A stretch of 32,000 nucleotides of DNA from Erysipelotrichaceae bacterium (GCA_028698185.1 JAQVDW010000001.1:150001-182000); one strand, 5' to 3'; counted from the stretch's first letter, positions 20,803 through 30,842 are shown. Numbers and translations: made by a program. Notes: a model not told the origin generated them from the letters alone.

Positions 20803-23382
20803 TTATTCAGACACAGGATTATTTATGATATTTCTTGAATATCCTGAATCAGACAGCCAGTATGAAGGAACCTTCGTAGCTACAAAAGTCACATCATCGT
20901 CAGTGTTGGTAATTGTAATGCCAATAGCTGCCAGATTGACTATATCATCCTGGCGGATGTCAACAAAATTTAGATCATCTCTGCTTAATGTAACGATAAT
21001 CGAATCAGGTGAAATCGGATCCGAGTCCGGATTTTGAAGCGCATTGGTGTATCTTACCAGCCAGGCGTCATCACTGACAACCCTATACGTTCCAATTGAT
21101 AAACCTGAAATTATATCCGAGTCGCTTGATCCTTCGTGAGGATAAAGGGCGACATTGTAAGTTTCAACCACATTGCCTCCTCCGTCAAGTTTCTGGATTT
21201 CATAGCCGAATCCCTGTAGTGCCGAGATGTCAATCTGTGAGTATTCGACATCGATAATCTGGGTTATCTGGAATTCTCCTTCAACGATGTATACGTTGAA
21301 CTGGACATCCGAACCGGTTGCAAGATTGGCAGTCACATCATTACCATTCGCATATACACTCACGTTATATGTGATCACGTTTGTATCTTTGGTTGTTGGA
21401 GTGGTTATGACACTTGAAGTGCCGCCATCGAGACTGTAGCTAAGAGTAGGCGCAGTGCCCTGGACAGCCGGGTCAACTCCTGGCACATAAGCCGGATCAT
21501 TGCAAACCCAATTTACTGTTTCATTTATGTTATCCACTGTGAATGATTCACCTTTGAAGATGACCTCATCGTTTGTAGTCACCTGAGGTACGAAGACAAA
21601 CACTTTTGCGGTGTCCTCAATTACAAGCGGCGCTGTGACAGGAGTGCCTGTGCTGGTTGGAAGTGCCGTTTGCGTTTCCACAACAGCTTTGATTGTATAC
21701 TCATGGGTTCCTGTCAAACCAGACGTGTCAAGCTCGTCGGGATACCATGTGAAACTTCCAGTTGTGCCACCGGCCGGTATTGTATATTCACCAATCAAGG
21801 TGGTTCCATCATATATCTGATAAGTGACGTCCGCATAATCGTTGCGATGTTCTCCTAGGTCATAGGTGACCCCGTCAATCTGATATTGGATACCTGATGT
21901 TGATACATTATCGAAGAAGGCCGTGACGTCTTCAAGATTGTTTGTGATGTAGATCGCCTGATCATTCGCTGTGAATTCATAGTCCAAAGGAACATTGACA
22001 GTCGGTTCGGGGAATGGTTTGATTTCCTCATCCTCATAATACAAGGCCGAATCGGGAGTGTTGGTTTCAACGTTGTTTCCACCGATAAAACCAGGTATAT
22101 CAGTCGTAGTGAATGAAACAACTAGTTTGTTACCCTGAGTCGGGATAGTACCATCGCCATCTATGCAGGAGTTTGCCGCATAATCGAATCCAGTGACCGT
22201 TATCGTTTTTGCAACCGAATCAATTGTTGCAGTTACATCGACGCCTTTGGTCAGTTCCACTCCTGTGGAAGAGAAAGTGCCGCTGCCGGTATATGCATAG
22301 GTATACACATGAACATCTGCCAAGGCCGGAACAGTCAATACGTCCGAACAGTAATCGACAAGTTCCGTATCAGTCGAAAGAATCGAGTTTTGTACAATTC
22401 CGTAATTTTGAACAGTTTCAAAAACATTTTGCATATCAAGAGTATCGGCAACATTATAATAAAAATCATTGCTTTCCTGAGTTCCCAATGATATATAGCT
22501 GGTCGCATAAGGATAATTTGAAGACATAGCCTTCATGTAATTGATTGTATTACTATCATTGACATTAGATGTTTTGACTGTAAATATTTTTACACCATTA
22601 TCTTTCAGTTCCTTTGCAACTGTAATTGCAGCATTAGCAACAGTAGGACTAAAAGAACTTGCAGTTGTTGGTACACCATCAGTGAAGAATAAAATCACCT
22701 TCAAGTGTCCATTTGAAGCAGTTGCATTATATATCTGTCTAGCAATCTCCATACCAGTATCAGCTGAAGTAGCTCCTTCTGGTTTAAGTGAATCAATGGC
22801 GTCATGGATATCCGAATTATTGGTTTCGACACCTTTGACTACCCTACTGACCAAATTTGTATAGCTCCAACCCATAACGGTATTGTAAGGCCAACCAGGA
22901 GTATCCTGATATGTTGATGGGCTGGGCCCTGTATTTCCATCAAAGGCTTCTGTAACTTGGTAACTTCCACCTCCGGGGGTTGCATACACGGTGTCCGGAT
23001 CAGTTGCGAATCCCACAATGGAAACTGTATCACCTGTTGTTCGATCCAAAGCATCGATTGAATCGACGAAATCATGTGCCGCATCCTTCAAAGCTTCCAT
23101 ACGGGTTTTGCCTGAGGCAAAATACGAATCCATAGACCCTGATTGGTCCAACACCAGAATAAAGTCAACCGGCACATCTTCAGATGTGACCGTTATATCA
23201 CCAGTGACATAGGTTTCCAGGTTAATGGTATAAGTGCCATCCCCATTGTATGTAGCTGTCTTATCCATGTGAATTGTATCCAGCTCTTCTTGTGTAAGGG
23301 CATCAACGTTATTTGGCAGGGATATGATGCCCAATGCAAGAAACAACACGAGACCCATTTTTATGATGTTTTTAATTTTCAT
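20803..23382 (-). CDS. Large secreted vWA (MIDAS) domain protein with C-terminal Ig/CnaB-like modules; candidate fibre-associated adhesin
   Basis: The Sec signal is MKIKNIIKMGLVLFLALGIISLPNNVDA. The vWA core is VDFILVLDQSGSMD...VSIVGFA...GATSADTG...VILFFTDGVPT. A later segment, FGYEIQKLDGGGNVVETYNV...LSIGTYRVV, resembles CnaB/SpaA-type folds. There is no LPXTG motif and no TM segment at the C-terminus. Confidence 0.8.
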   Translation of the reverse strand: MKIKNIIKMGLVLFLALGIISLPNNVDALTQEELDTIHMDKTATYNGDGTYTINLETYVTGDITVTSEDVPVDFILVLDQSGSMDSYFASGKTRMEALKDAAHDFVDSIDALDRTTGDTVSIVGFATDPDTVYATPGGGSYQVTEAFDGNTGPSPSTYQDTPGWPYNTVMGWSYTNLVSRVVKGVETNNSDIHDAIDSLKPEGATSADTGMEIARQIYNATASNGHLKVILFFTDGVPTTASSFSPTVANAAITVAKELKDNGVKIFTVKTSNVNDSNTINYMKAMSSNYPYATSYISLGTQESNDFYYNVADTLDMQNVFETVQNYGIVQNSILSTDTELVDYCSDVLTVPALADVHVYTYAYTGSGTFSSTGVELTKGVDVTATIDSVAKTITVTGFDYAANSCIDGDGTIPTQGNKLVVSFTTTDIPGFIGGNNVETNTPDSALYYEDEEIKPFPEPTVNVPLDYEFTANDQAIYITNNLEDVTAFFDNVSTSGIQYQIDGVTYDLGEHRNDYADVTYQIYDGTTLIGEYTIPAGGTTGSFTWYPDELDTSGLTGTHEYTIKAVVETQTALPTSTGTPVTAPLVIEDTAKVFVFVPQVTTNDEVIFKGESFTVDNINETVNWVCNDPAYVPGVDPAVQGTAPTLSYSLDGGTSSVITTPTTKDTNVITYNVSVYANGNDVTANLATGSDVQFNVYIVEGEFQITQIIDVEYSQIDISALQGFGYEIQKLDGGGNVVETYNVALYPHEGSSDSDIISGLSIGTYRVVSDDAWLVRYTNALQNPDSDPISPDSIIVTLSRDDLNFVDIRQDDIVNLAAIGITITNTDDDVTFVATKVPSYWLSDSGYSRNIINNPVSE

Positions 23383-23416
23383 ATGTAGCTATTCTCCTTT
23401 CTATGATTTTGAAATC

Positions 23417-24118
23417 CTAATCTTCGATGAATTCAAGCATTGTGGAATCAACATCGCCGATATCCAGGTTTGTCCCCTGAATCGCATATGCATTCACATT
23501 GATTTCAAAATCTTTGAGATTTTCTTCATATATATTGAACTTTACCTTGATTTCGCTAAACAGTGCGTCCGTACCCGATGTGCCATCGGTGGAAAGAAGG
23601 TCCGCAATGTCATCAGCGCCATCAAAAATATAGATCTCATACTTGTTTTCAGGCGGGGTTTCACTGTCGGGAATCTGATGCCAGTTGGAGCTGATCACCA
23701 GATCATCGATCAGGGTGCTGGTTAGTTCCGATTTGTCTACATTTATGTATGTACCGGTCGCATCCTTAAGCAGGAATGAGACTTTCATTGCCACATAACA
23801 GTCTTCACTGCTCTGATCGAGTTGGATCTTTGGATCCTTGACGATTGTGTCACCCGGCATGTAAGTCGTCGCCTTGTTGAAACCCAGATCCGAACTTGTT
23901 GAGTCGTCTTTGGTTCCCAAGCCGTGTTCCCAACCATCATCATCAAAGCTGTATCCATCCCATCCCGGTTCACGCAACAGGATGTCCACTTTTCTAGTCG
24001 AGGTGAATATGTTTTGGGCCGGTCCCGAAGAATCAGCAAGCAGCGCCGTTGACGAGCTGACTGTAAGCAAGATCAGTGAGAAAACCATTCCTGTAAATAT
24101 CATGTGTCTTTTATTCAT
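23417..24118 (-). CDS. TasA/camelysin-family protein (P6) with a SipW-dependent-type signal peptide
   Basis: Supporting motifs are TALLADSSGPAQNIFTSTRKVDILLREPGWDGYSF, MPGDTIVKDPKIQLDQSSEDCYVAMKV and VNAYAIQGTN. It is a paralogue of P5. The ATG at 24118 follows RBS AAGGTGA. The track's start at 24127 is a GTG. Confidence 0.8.
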   Translation of the reverse strand: MNKRHMIFTGMVFSLILLTVSSSTALLADSSGPAQNIFTSTRKVDILLREPGWDGYSFDDDGWEHGLGTKDDSTSSDLGFNKATTYMPGDTIVKDPKIQLDQSSEDCYVAMKVSFLLKDATGTYINVDKSELTSTLIDDLVISSNWHQIPDSETPPENKYEIYIFDGADDIADLLSTDGTSGTDALFSEIKVKFNIYEENLKDFEINVNAYAIQGTNLDIGDVDSTMLEFIED

Positions 24119-24160
24119 TATTATCACCTTACCTCTTTTGCAATATAAGTTGATTGATCA

Positions 24161-24763
24161 TTATAAGCTGACTCCCCAAACCGCCTGAGGCGAGCTTTGA
24201 GTTCCATCTGTCTGGTTGGCAGCGATGCCTTCAACCATGACGTTCATTTCCAGATGTTCATTTGCTCCAAGGCTGTTGGTGTAAGTCACTCCGGTAAACA
24301 GCGGTGTTGTCAGTTCGCCGGCGCTGAGTACTGTCTTGTAATAGTAGTAGTCACCAATCTTTTGCCAGTTGGTAAGATCCAGGTTTTCATAAACAATGGC
24401 CCCATTGATATCGGTTGGAACAATCTCATCGAGTTCGTTTTTCAATACCGGAACTAGTTTCACTCTCACATAAGTATCAACCGTGTTCTGCGGTGATCCG
24501 TCGTCGTAGGTGTCTTTGTTGGCAACCTGCACGGTTTTGGTTGCTGTACCATCAACCAAAGGCAGTGACAGACCTTCACCTTCGACTCCGTTACCATCTT
24601 CATAAAATGTGTCTTCAGCCCCGTTTTCAACGACTGCGACATTGACATATCCTGCATCAAATTTGTTGGTAGCATAGTCGGAGTCATTCAAAAAAGCCAG
24701 TGTAAGCCCTACTCCTGCAACAAATAAAGCTATTATTAGAATCATCCATCTTTTTTTCTTCAT
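24161..24763 (-). CDS. TasA/camelysin-family protein (P7) with a SipW-dependent-type signal peptide
   Basis: The ATG at 24763 follows RBS AAAGGTGG. The signal GLTLAFLNDSDYATNKFDAGYVNV closely mirrors the TasA signal-junction motif. The C-terminus has VMVEGIAANQ. Confidence 0.8.
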   Translation of the reverse strand: MKKKRWMILIIALFVAGVGLTLAFLNDSDYATNKFDAGYVNVAVVENGAEDTFYEDGNGVEGEGLSLPLVDGTATKTVQVANKDTYDDGSPQNTVDTYVRVKLVPVLKNELDEIVPTDINGAIVYENLDLTNWQKIGDYYYYKTVLSAGELTTPLFTGVTYTNSLGANEHLEMNVMVEGIAANQTDGTQSSPQAVWGVSL

Positions 24764-24823
24764 ATATACCACCTTTATTCTGTTAGCTATTTTCATACAA
24801 ATATCACTATTCTATTCATTCAA

Positions 24824-24856
24824 ATACTAACCCTTTGATGTCACATAGCAGTCACA
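24824..24856 (-). promoter_or_regulatory. Candidate activator-dependent promoter C, with the same architecture as promoters A and B
   Basis: The minus strand reads TGTGAC-tgcta-TGTGAC-atcaaagggt-TAGTAT. On the plus strand, gtcaca lies at 24840-24845 and 24851-24856, and the -10 at 24824-24829. Confidence 0.7.
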
Positions 24857-24927
24857 TGAATTTCAAATCAGCACTTTTTAGGAACTAATTATTTTCATAA
24901 GAACTGATTTAGCGCTTTTGATAATTG

Positions 24928-24956
24928 AAAAAATCCAACTGTTGAAGTCAGTTGGA
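24928..24956 (-). terminator. Second (tandem) terminator downstream of pfkA
   Basis: The 8-bp stem TCCAACTG/CAGTTGGA is followed by T6 on the minus strand. Confidence 0.55.
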
Positions 24957-24968
24957 AAATTCAAGATG

Positions 24969-25008
24969 AAAAACCCCGGCAATCATGCCCAATGCGAGAT
25001 TGCCGGGG
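24969..25008 (-). terminator. Rho-independent terminator of pfkA
   Basis: The 11-bp stem CCCCGGCAATC/GATTGCCGGGG is followed by T5 on the minus strand. Confidence 0.75.
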
Positions 25009-25022
25009 TCGAGCAATTTATT

Positions 25023-26138
25023 TTAATCGTCACCGAAACAAACGCCGATGGCCTTGGCCGCCATCACCAGCTCACCGCTTGGATCGACATGCTTTTGTTT
25101 ACCGACCTTGGCCTGGCCGATCACTTCCTCCAAAGAACTGTAGGTCATATCGTTGCCCTTTAAAGTGACCACGTTGCCAAACAGACCCTGGCTGATAAGT
25201 TCGACCGCCTTGATGGCGAATCTGATCGAGATTATCCGGTCGTAGGCATCAATGTCGCCACCGCGGATAATATGGCCCGGATTTACCGAACGGACTTCGT
25301 GGTTTTCAATCGCCGCTTCAAGATCATCGGCCACCTTTTGGGCCAGTCCGGAATAACGGATCGGATCAGGTGAATCCTCGACAATCTTGCCGATCACCTT
25401 TGTCCCATCGGCATATTTCGCTCCTTCGGCCACGGCAATCACCGTGTAAGGCAAGCCCTGCTCGTCACGTTTGGCCACGTGTTTGACGATGCTTTCGATT
25501 GAAAAAGGAATTTCGGGAATCAGGATGCATGACGCATTTCCGGCAAGCCCTGCATACAGCGCTATCCAGCCGGCATCGCGGCCCATAAGTTCGCAACAAA
25601 TGACCCGGTGATGCGATTTGGCTGTGGTGTTAAGCCGGTCGATAAAATCGGTCCCCACGCTCATCGCCGAGATGAAACCATAAGTGAGATCGGTAGCCGC
25701 CAGATCGTTGTCCATTGTCTTTGGAATCCCGATCACATTGACCCCTTTGCGGGCGAAATCGCGCGCGGAAGTCAGCGTTCCATCACCACCAAGGACTACC
25801 AGCACATCGACCCCGGCTTGCTTGAGGTTCTCCACCCCGACATCGGAAACGTCCCTCTTGACGATATTGCCGTCTTCATCCTCGAAAGGCATGTCGAAAA
25901 GGTTCGTCTTGTTGGAACTAAAAAGGATGGTTCCCCCCTCCTTGTATATTCCTTCGACTTTCTGTTCGGTCAGCTCGATATAGTTGTTCTTGTAAAGCCC
26001 GTCATAGCCATAGACATAACCGATCACTTCATAGCCGTACTTGCTTATTGCGGCTTTGGTCACGGCCCGGATCACCGCATTCAAGCCAGGACAGTCGCCC
26101 CCACCTGACAACAATGCAATCTTTTTAACTTTTCCCAT
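25023..26138 (-). CDS. pfkA: 6-phosphofructokinase
   Basis: Supporting motifs are IALLSGGGDCPGLNAVIR, VVLGGDGT, IPKTMDND and ELMGRDAGW. The ATG at 26138 follows RBS GGAGGT. GGDGT (Gly rather than Asp) hints at ATP dependence, but I cannot settle phosphoryl-donor specificity by eye. Confidence 0.9.
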   Translation of the reverse strand: MGKVKKIALLSGGGDCPGLNAVIRAVTKAAISKYGYEVIGYVYGYDGLYKNNYIELTEQKVEGIYKEGGTILFSSNKTNLFDMPFEDEDGNIVKRDVSDVGVENLKQAGVDVLVVLGGDGTLTSARDFARKGVNVIGIPKTMDNDLAATDLTYGFISAMSVGTDFIDRLNTTAKSHHRVICCELMGRDAGWIALYAGLAGNASCILIPEIPFSIESIVKHVAKRDEQGLPYTVIAVAEGAKYADGTKVIGKIVEDSPDPIRYSGLAQKVADDLEAAIENHEVRSVNPGHIIRGGDIDAYDRIISIRFAIKAVELISQGLFGNVVTLKGNDMTYSSLEEVIGQAKVGKQKHVDPSGELVMAAKAIGVCFGDD

Positions 26139-26291
26139 AAGAATTACCTCCAAACTCTTAATTCATTATACAATGAAAGCGCTTCAAATTCAATACGGAA
26201 TGTGTAAATGTTATATTAAATCTAAATGAAATTTATAAATTAATTAAATTGCCGGATTTGGCTAATTAAAATTCGGATAAATGCGACCAAG

Positions 26292-26322
26292 AAAAAAGGA
26301 CCTGCAGCAAGCTGCAAATCCT
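26292..26322 (-). terminator. Rho-independent terminator of pnp
   Basis: The stem GGATTTGCAGC/GCTGCAGGTCC, which includes G-U pairs, is followed by T6 on the minus strand. Confidence 0.7.
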
Positions 26323-26330
26323 AATAGGTG

Positions 26331-28475
26331 CTATTTGTCTTCTTTTGTTTCTTTGGCTTCTTCGCTGGTTACTGGTTTTGGCAGCAACGCTTTGCGGGAA
26401 ACATTGACACGTCCCTTGTCGTCAATTTCAGTTACTTTGACTTTGACGATGTCGCCGATTTTAAGCACATCTGCCGGGTTGGCAACGCGTTCATGGGCGA
26501 TTTTTGAAACATGCAACAATCCGTCAGTAGTTCCAAACAGATTGACAAAGGCCCCGTATTTTTCAACACGGACAACTTTGGCATCATAAACTTCACCGAC
26601 TTTGGCCTTCTTGATGATGGCTTCGATCATGGCTTTGGCCTTGTTGATGGCCGCATAATCGTAATGGTAGATGATTACAGTTCCATCCTGTTCGATATCG
26701 ATCTTCACATCATCGGATTTTTCGATGATTTCATTGATGACTTTTCCTCCAGATCCGATTACTTCCTTGATCTGGTCTACTTCGATTTTCATCATTGCGA
26801 CTTTTGGCGCATATGGTGACAACTCTTCACGCGGTTCGTTGATCGCATCCAGCATGTTGGCCATGATCTGTTCGCGGCCGATTTTCGCTTGGGTCAGTGC
26901 TTCCTCAAGGATTTCCTTGGTGATCCCATCGATTTTGATGTCCATTTGTAAAGCGCAGATACCGTTTTTGGTTCCGGCAACCTTGAAGTCCATATCGCCT
27001 AGGTGGTCTTCCATCCCTTGGATATCGGTAAGAATTGTGTAATGCTCACCTTTTTTGACCAGCCCCATCGCGATTCCGGCAACCGGATTGGTGATAGGCA
27101 CCCCTGCAGCCATCAGTGCCATTGAAGAGGCGCAGATTGATGCCTGCGATGATGAACCGTTCGATTCAAGCACTTCGGAAACAACCCTGATTGTGTATGG
27201 GAATGCTTCCTCGTCCGGGATTACCTGAGCCAATGCTCTTTCCCCAAGGGCACCATGGCCGATTTCGCGGCGACCTGGCGCTCCGATGCGGCCAACTTCA
27301 CCCACTGAATAAGGAGGGAAGTTATAGTGGTGCATGAAACGTTTTTGGTCTTCAAGACCCAAACCGTCGATTTTTTGATGTTCATTCAAGGCTCCCAATG
27401 TCGCAACTGAAAGGACTTGGGTTTCCCCGCGGGTGAACAATGCCGACCCGTGAACTCGAGGAAGAAGATCGATCTGTGAATCCAATGGACGCACTTCATC
27501 GATTTTGCGGCCATCAGGACGGATTTTGTCCTCGGTGATCAAACGGCGGACTTCATCTTTTTCCAAGTCATGGATAATGATTTTAACTTGTTTTAGGACA
27601 CTGGCTTTCGTTTTTTCGTCCGCATATTCCATTCCTTCAAAAACAGCCAAGCTGCGTTCGACGATTTCATCGATCGCCCCATAACGTTCCAATTTACCTT
27701 CGATAGAGACAGCTTTGACCATATCGGCCAGGGCCATTTCCTTGACTTGAGCCACCAGCTGTTCATCAAGTTCAAACAGAGGGATATCGATTTTCGCTTT
27801 ACCGCATTCCATCACGACTTGTTCCTGGAAGGCGATCAGTTCTTTGATTTTTTCGTGACCGAAAAGCAGGGCTTCAAGCATCACTTCTTCGCTAACCTCT
27901 TTGGCATCGGCCTCAACCATGTTGATTGCGTCTTTGGTTCCGGCAACTTCAAGGTTGATCAGCGAGTTTTCAAGTTGTTCTGGCGTTCCATTGACGATGA
28001 ACTCACCATCGACTAGACCTACATTGACACCGGCAATCGGTCCGTTGAAAGGAATGTCCGAAAGGCAAAGAGCCAATGAAGCTCCAAGCATCGCCGCCAT
28101 TTCCGGAGTGGCATTCTGGTCAACCGACAAAACGGTATTCACCGATTGGACCTCGTTTCGAAATCCATCCGGGAAAAGTGGCCGGATCGGCCGGTCGATC
28201 ATTCTTGAAGTAAGGGTCCCATGTTCGCTTGGTCGCCCTTCACGCTTCAAAAATCCGCCAGGGATCTTTCCTACCGAATATAATTTTTCTTCATAAATGA
28301 CAGTCAAAGGGAAAAAATCAACATCCTTAGGTGTTTTTCCCGCTGTCACTGTCGATAAGATTACTGTATCATCGTAACGGACCAGAACCGATCCGTTCGC
28401 TTGTTTTGCAAGTTCCCCAACCTCAACACTGAGCTTCTTGCCATAAAAATCCATTGAATATACTTTCTTATTCAT
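26331..28475 (-). CDS. pnp: Polyribonucleotide nucleotidyltransferase (PNPase)
   Basis: The 714-aa ORF has two RNase PH domains, a KH domain ([10 protein letters not shown]) and a C-terminal S1 domain ([20 protein letters not shown]). Confidence 0.95.
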   Translation of the reverse strand: MNKKVYSMDFYGKKLSVEVGELAKQANGSVLVRYDDTVILSTVTAGKTPKDVDFFPLTVIYEEKLYSVGKIPGGFLKREGRPSEHGTLTSRMIDRPIRPLFPDGFRNEVQSVNTVLSVDQNATPEMAAMLGASLALCLSDIPFNGPIAGVNVGLVDGEFIVNGTPEQLENSLINLEVAGTKDAINMVEADAKEVSEEVMLEALLFGHEKIKELIAFQEQVVMECGKAKIDIPLFELDEQLVAQVKEMALADMVKAVSIEGKLERYGAIDEIVERSLAVFEGMEYADEKTKASVLKQVKIIIHDLEKDEVRRLITEDKIRPDGRKIDEVRPLDSQIDLLPRVHGSALFTRGETQVLSVATLGALNEHQKIDGLGLEDQKRFMHHYNFPPYSVGEVGRIGAPGRREIGHGALGERALAQVIPDEEAFPYTIRVVSEVLESNGSSSQASICASSMALMAAGVPITNPVAGIAMGLVKKGEHYTILTDIQGMEDHLGDMDFKVAGTKNGICALQMDIKIDGITKEILEEALTQAKIGREQIMANMLDAINEPREELSPYAPKVAMMKIEVDQIKEVIGSGGKVINEIIEKSDDVKIDIEQDGTVIIYHYDYAAINKAKAMIEAIIKKAKVGEVYDAKVVRVEKYGAFVNLFGTTDGLLHVSKIAHERVANPADVLKIGDIVKVKVTEIDDKGRVNVSRKALLPKPVTSEEAKETKEDK

Positions 28476-28564
28476 CGTTCCACCTCATTTACCTCAATAT
28501 TATACCATAATATGCAATAATTAGAAAACATTTTTAATTTTACTTAGGAATTATTATAAAAAAA

Positions 28565-28573
28565 TGCTATAAT
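28565..28573 (+). promoter_or_regulatory. Extended -10 promoter element of the TPR-like gene
   Basis: TGcTATAAT lies about 20 nt upstream of the start codon. Confidence 0.5.
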
Positions 28574-28592
28574 ACCAACAGAGGTGAAAATT

Positions 28593-29840
28593 ATGAACGA
28601 AAATGAAATCAAAAGTATTGAAAAATATGAAAGGAAATTCGCGGAAGATCCAGCATCTTTCAATGACTACGAAGCCAACGACTTCATCAAGTTGTTAAAA
28701 TCAAGCAACAACAATGATCGCGCTATCGAAGTTGGGCGCACTCTACTTAGCAGCGCTCCAAGTCTTAAAATGTATAAGAACCAATATGGTTACGCATTAT
28801 ACAATAAATTCATCAATATTGATGATGACAAAATCGAAGCCAACGAAGAGTTGTTCTTCTCTGTTTTAAAAGACATCCTGGATGTGTGCAAACAAGAGAG
28901 ATATTCTCCAGTTGAAGCGGCCGTGAACCGCGCCATAAAATATCTGACAAACAAATCAAAAGTCGACCATGACAAGGTCCTTGAGCTTTACGACCTGCTG
29001 GATGTCAACCTGATTTCCGACAAACCTTTTACTTCAGACGAAGGAAAAGAGTTCGAATCGAAAAAGGAAAGACATTATCGTCTGAAAGTGAAAGAACTTT
29101 ACGATGCGAAAAGATATGCCGACTGTGTTGAATTCGCCAACCAGGCTTTGGCAAACATCACCAAATTCCACTTCAACAACGCCCAATGGGTAAACTACTA
29201 CCGCGCTTGTGCCCTTGTTGAACTTGGACAAAACGAAGAAGCCAAAAGAATCTTCCTGGAACTCAACAACCGCATCCGTGGCATCAACTTCCTGGAAATC
29301 ATTGCCCGCAATGAAAAGGAATTGGGAAATACCAAGGTTGCCAACGCCTATACAATCTACGAATTCTTCCTTTCAGGATTGAAAGAAAGCCTGATGCCAT
29401 TATACAACCGCGTATTGGAAATGGCCAAAGACGCCAAAGTTGAAGCTGTCATCAACGCTACAGACAAATTCCTGCAAGTGCTGGCAAAAGAAAGCCAAAA
29501 GGATTACACTCCTGTAGCCGTGGTTGAAACAGAAAAAAACGCTTCGCAATTATATGACGATTTATATAATAGTTTAATGGATAATCTCGAAAAATTCGTT
29601 GATCGTCAAGAAGGCAACGTGCTTCATTACAATGCCGCAAACAAATACGGATCAATCTCTTATCCAAATGGCGAATCAGTGTTCTTCAGACAATCGGACT
29701 TCATCGAGGATGAACAAGTGCGTCGCCGTGACCGTGTAAGCTACACAATCATCGAAACTTATGACCACAAAAAAGACCGTCTTTCTTCACGGGCGATCCT
29801 GATTGAGACAATTGAACCTGATTTCAACTTTGAATTTTAA
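28593..29840 (+). CDS. Hypothetical cytoplasmic protein with a helical TPR-like repeat region and a C-terminal cold-shock/OB-like module
   Basis: The ATG at 28593 follows RBS AGAGGTGA. No signal peptide is present. A TPR-like segment reads YDAKRYADCVEFANQALA...YYRACALVELGQNEEAKRIF. The C-terminus EGNVLHYNAANKYGSISYPNGESVFFRQSDFIEDEQVRRRDRVSYTI resembles a CspA-type fold pattern. Confidence 0.4.
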   Translation: MNENEIKSIEKYERKFAEDPASFNDYEANDFIKLLKSSNNNDRAIEVGRTLLSSAPSLKMYKNQYGYALYNKFINIDDDKIEANEELFFSVLKDILDVCKQERYSPVEAAVNRAIKYLTNKSKVDHDKVLELYDLLDVNLISDKPFTSDEGKEFESKKERHYRLKVKELYDAKRYADCVEFANQALANITKFHFNNAQWVNYYRACALVELGQNEEAKRIFLELNNRIRGINFLEIIARNEKELGNTKVANAYTIYEFFLSGLKESLMPLYNRVLEMAKDAKVEAVINATDKFLQVLAKESQKDYTPVAVVETEKNASQLYDDLYNSLMDNLEKFVDRQEGNVLHYNAANKYGSISYPNGESVFFRQSDFIEDEQVRRRDRVSYTIIETYDHKKDRLSSRAILIETIEPDFNFEF

Positions 29841-29848
29841 TTAGGAAA

Positions 29849-29885
29849 CAAAAAAAGAATCACTGCGCTAGTGATTCTTTTTTTC
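29849..29885. terminator. Bidirectional terminator between two convergent genes
   Basis: The 9-bp stem AGAATCACT/AGTGATTCT is flanked by A6 on one side and T6 on the other. It overlaps the stop codon of the minus-strand repressor gene. Confidence 0.7.
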
Positions 29886-30254
29886 GTTTCCTTCAAGATA
29901 GTTTTCTATCGCTTCAATCGCCTGCTGGGAGATCACATGCTCGATCCGGCAGGCATCCTCATTGGCAATTTCGCTGTCGAGTCCGAAAACCTCTTCGAAC
30001 ATCCGGGCCAGGACATGATGCTTGTTGCAGATCTGCTTGGCTGTTTTCTCACCCAGGGGTGTCAGGGTGATGTCGCCATAGCGTTCGTAGTTGAGATATC
30101 CATTTTCTTTAAGGACATTCAACGCATTGTTGACGCTTGGCTTGGAGACATTGAGCTGTTCGGCAAGGAGCGACACCCGTATCTTCTGCTTTTTTAGATT
30201 TGTTTCGTAGATCAATTCCAGGTAATTCTGCATCGCGATCGACATTTCCAACAT
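29868..30254 (-). CDS. DtxR/MntR-family metal-dependent transcriptional repressor
   Basis: The 128-aa ORF has MQNYLELIYE...VSKPSVNNALNVLKENGYLNYERYGDITLTPLGEKTA...HHVLARMF. These match the DtxR-type wHTH and dimerisation helix. Confidence 0.8.
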   Translation of the reverse strand: MLEMSIAMQNYLELIYETNLKKQKIRVSLLAEQLNVSKPSVNNALNVLKENGYLNYERYGDITLTPLGEKTAKQICNKHHVLARMFEEVFGLDSEIANEDACRIEHVISQQAIEAIENYLEGNEKKNH

Positions 30255-30311
30255 AATAAACCTCCCCGATTGAACAATTCCGACTTCAAATAAAAAAAGG
30301 GTTACCCCTTT

Positions 30312-30791
30312 TTAATGTACAAAATCCACTTTGATGATATCGATTTCGTAAGGGTTCGCAACCCCGACAGTGATGCGTTCCCCTTCACCGCGGCCAAATA
30401 GAGCCTTGGCAAGTGGCGATTCGTTTGAAATCTTCCCGTTGAATGGGTCCGTTTCAAATGAACCGACTATTTTATAAGTGTAAGTCTGATCATCTGACAA
30501 ATCCCTGAAAGTTACTGTCGCTCCCGGACCGGCAATATGCGAATCCAGATTATCTTCGACAATGACTTCAGCGTTTTGAATCAAACGTTCGATTTCCTTG
30601 ATGCGGCCCTCAACTTCGGCTTGACGGTTTCTTGCCGCGTCATAATCGGCATTTTCCGACAAATCGCCTTGAGACCGAGCCAATGACAATTCTTCAATGA
30701 CTTTCGGACGTTCGAAATTGATCAGGTTTTCCCGTTCTTTTTTCAGGTTGTCTAATCCATCTTGGGTAAGAAGCACTTTATCTTTTTCCAT
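30312..30791 (-). CDS. greA: Transcription elongation factor GreA
   Basis: The ATG at 30791 follows RBS GAGGTGA. Supporting motifs are LTQDGLDNLKKE...RSQGDLSENADYDAARNRQA...SNESPLAKALFGR. A weak hairpin followed by a T-run overlaps the stop. Confidence 0.93.
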   Translation of the reverse strand: MEKDKVLLTQDGLDNLKKERENLINFERPKVIEELSLARSQGDLSENADYDAARNRQAEVEGRIKEIERLIQNAEVIVEDNLDSHIAGPGATVTFRDLSDDQTYTYKIVGSFETDPFNGKISNESPLAKALFGRGEGERITVGVANPYEIDIIKVDFVH

Positions 30792-30842
30792 GTTTTCACC
30801 TCGTTGTCTAAATATATCACATATCAAATAAAATCACAATAA

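Noticed and set aside
26225-26290. An imperfect inverted repeat CCGAATTT-N9-AAATCCGG upstream of pfkA, considered as a regulator site.
   Set aside because: It has a mismatch in the stem, occurs only once and matches no known operator that I can name.
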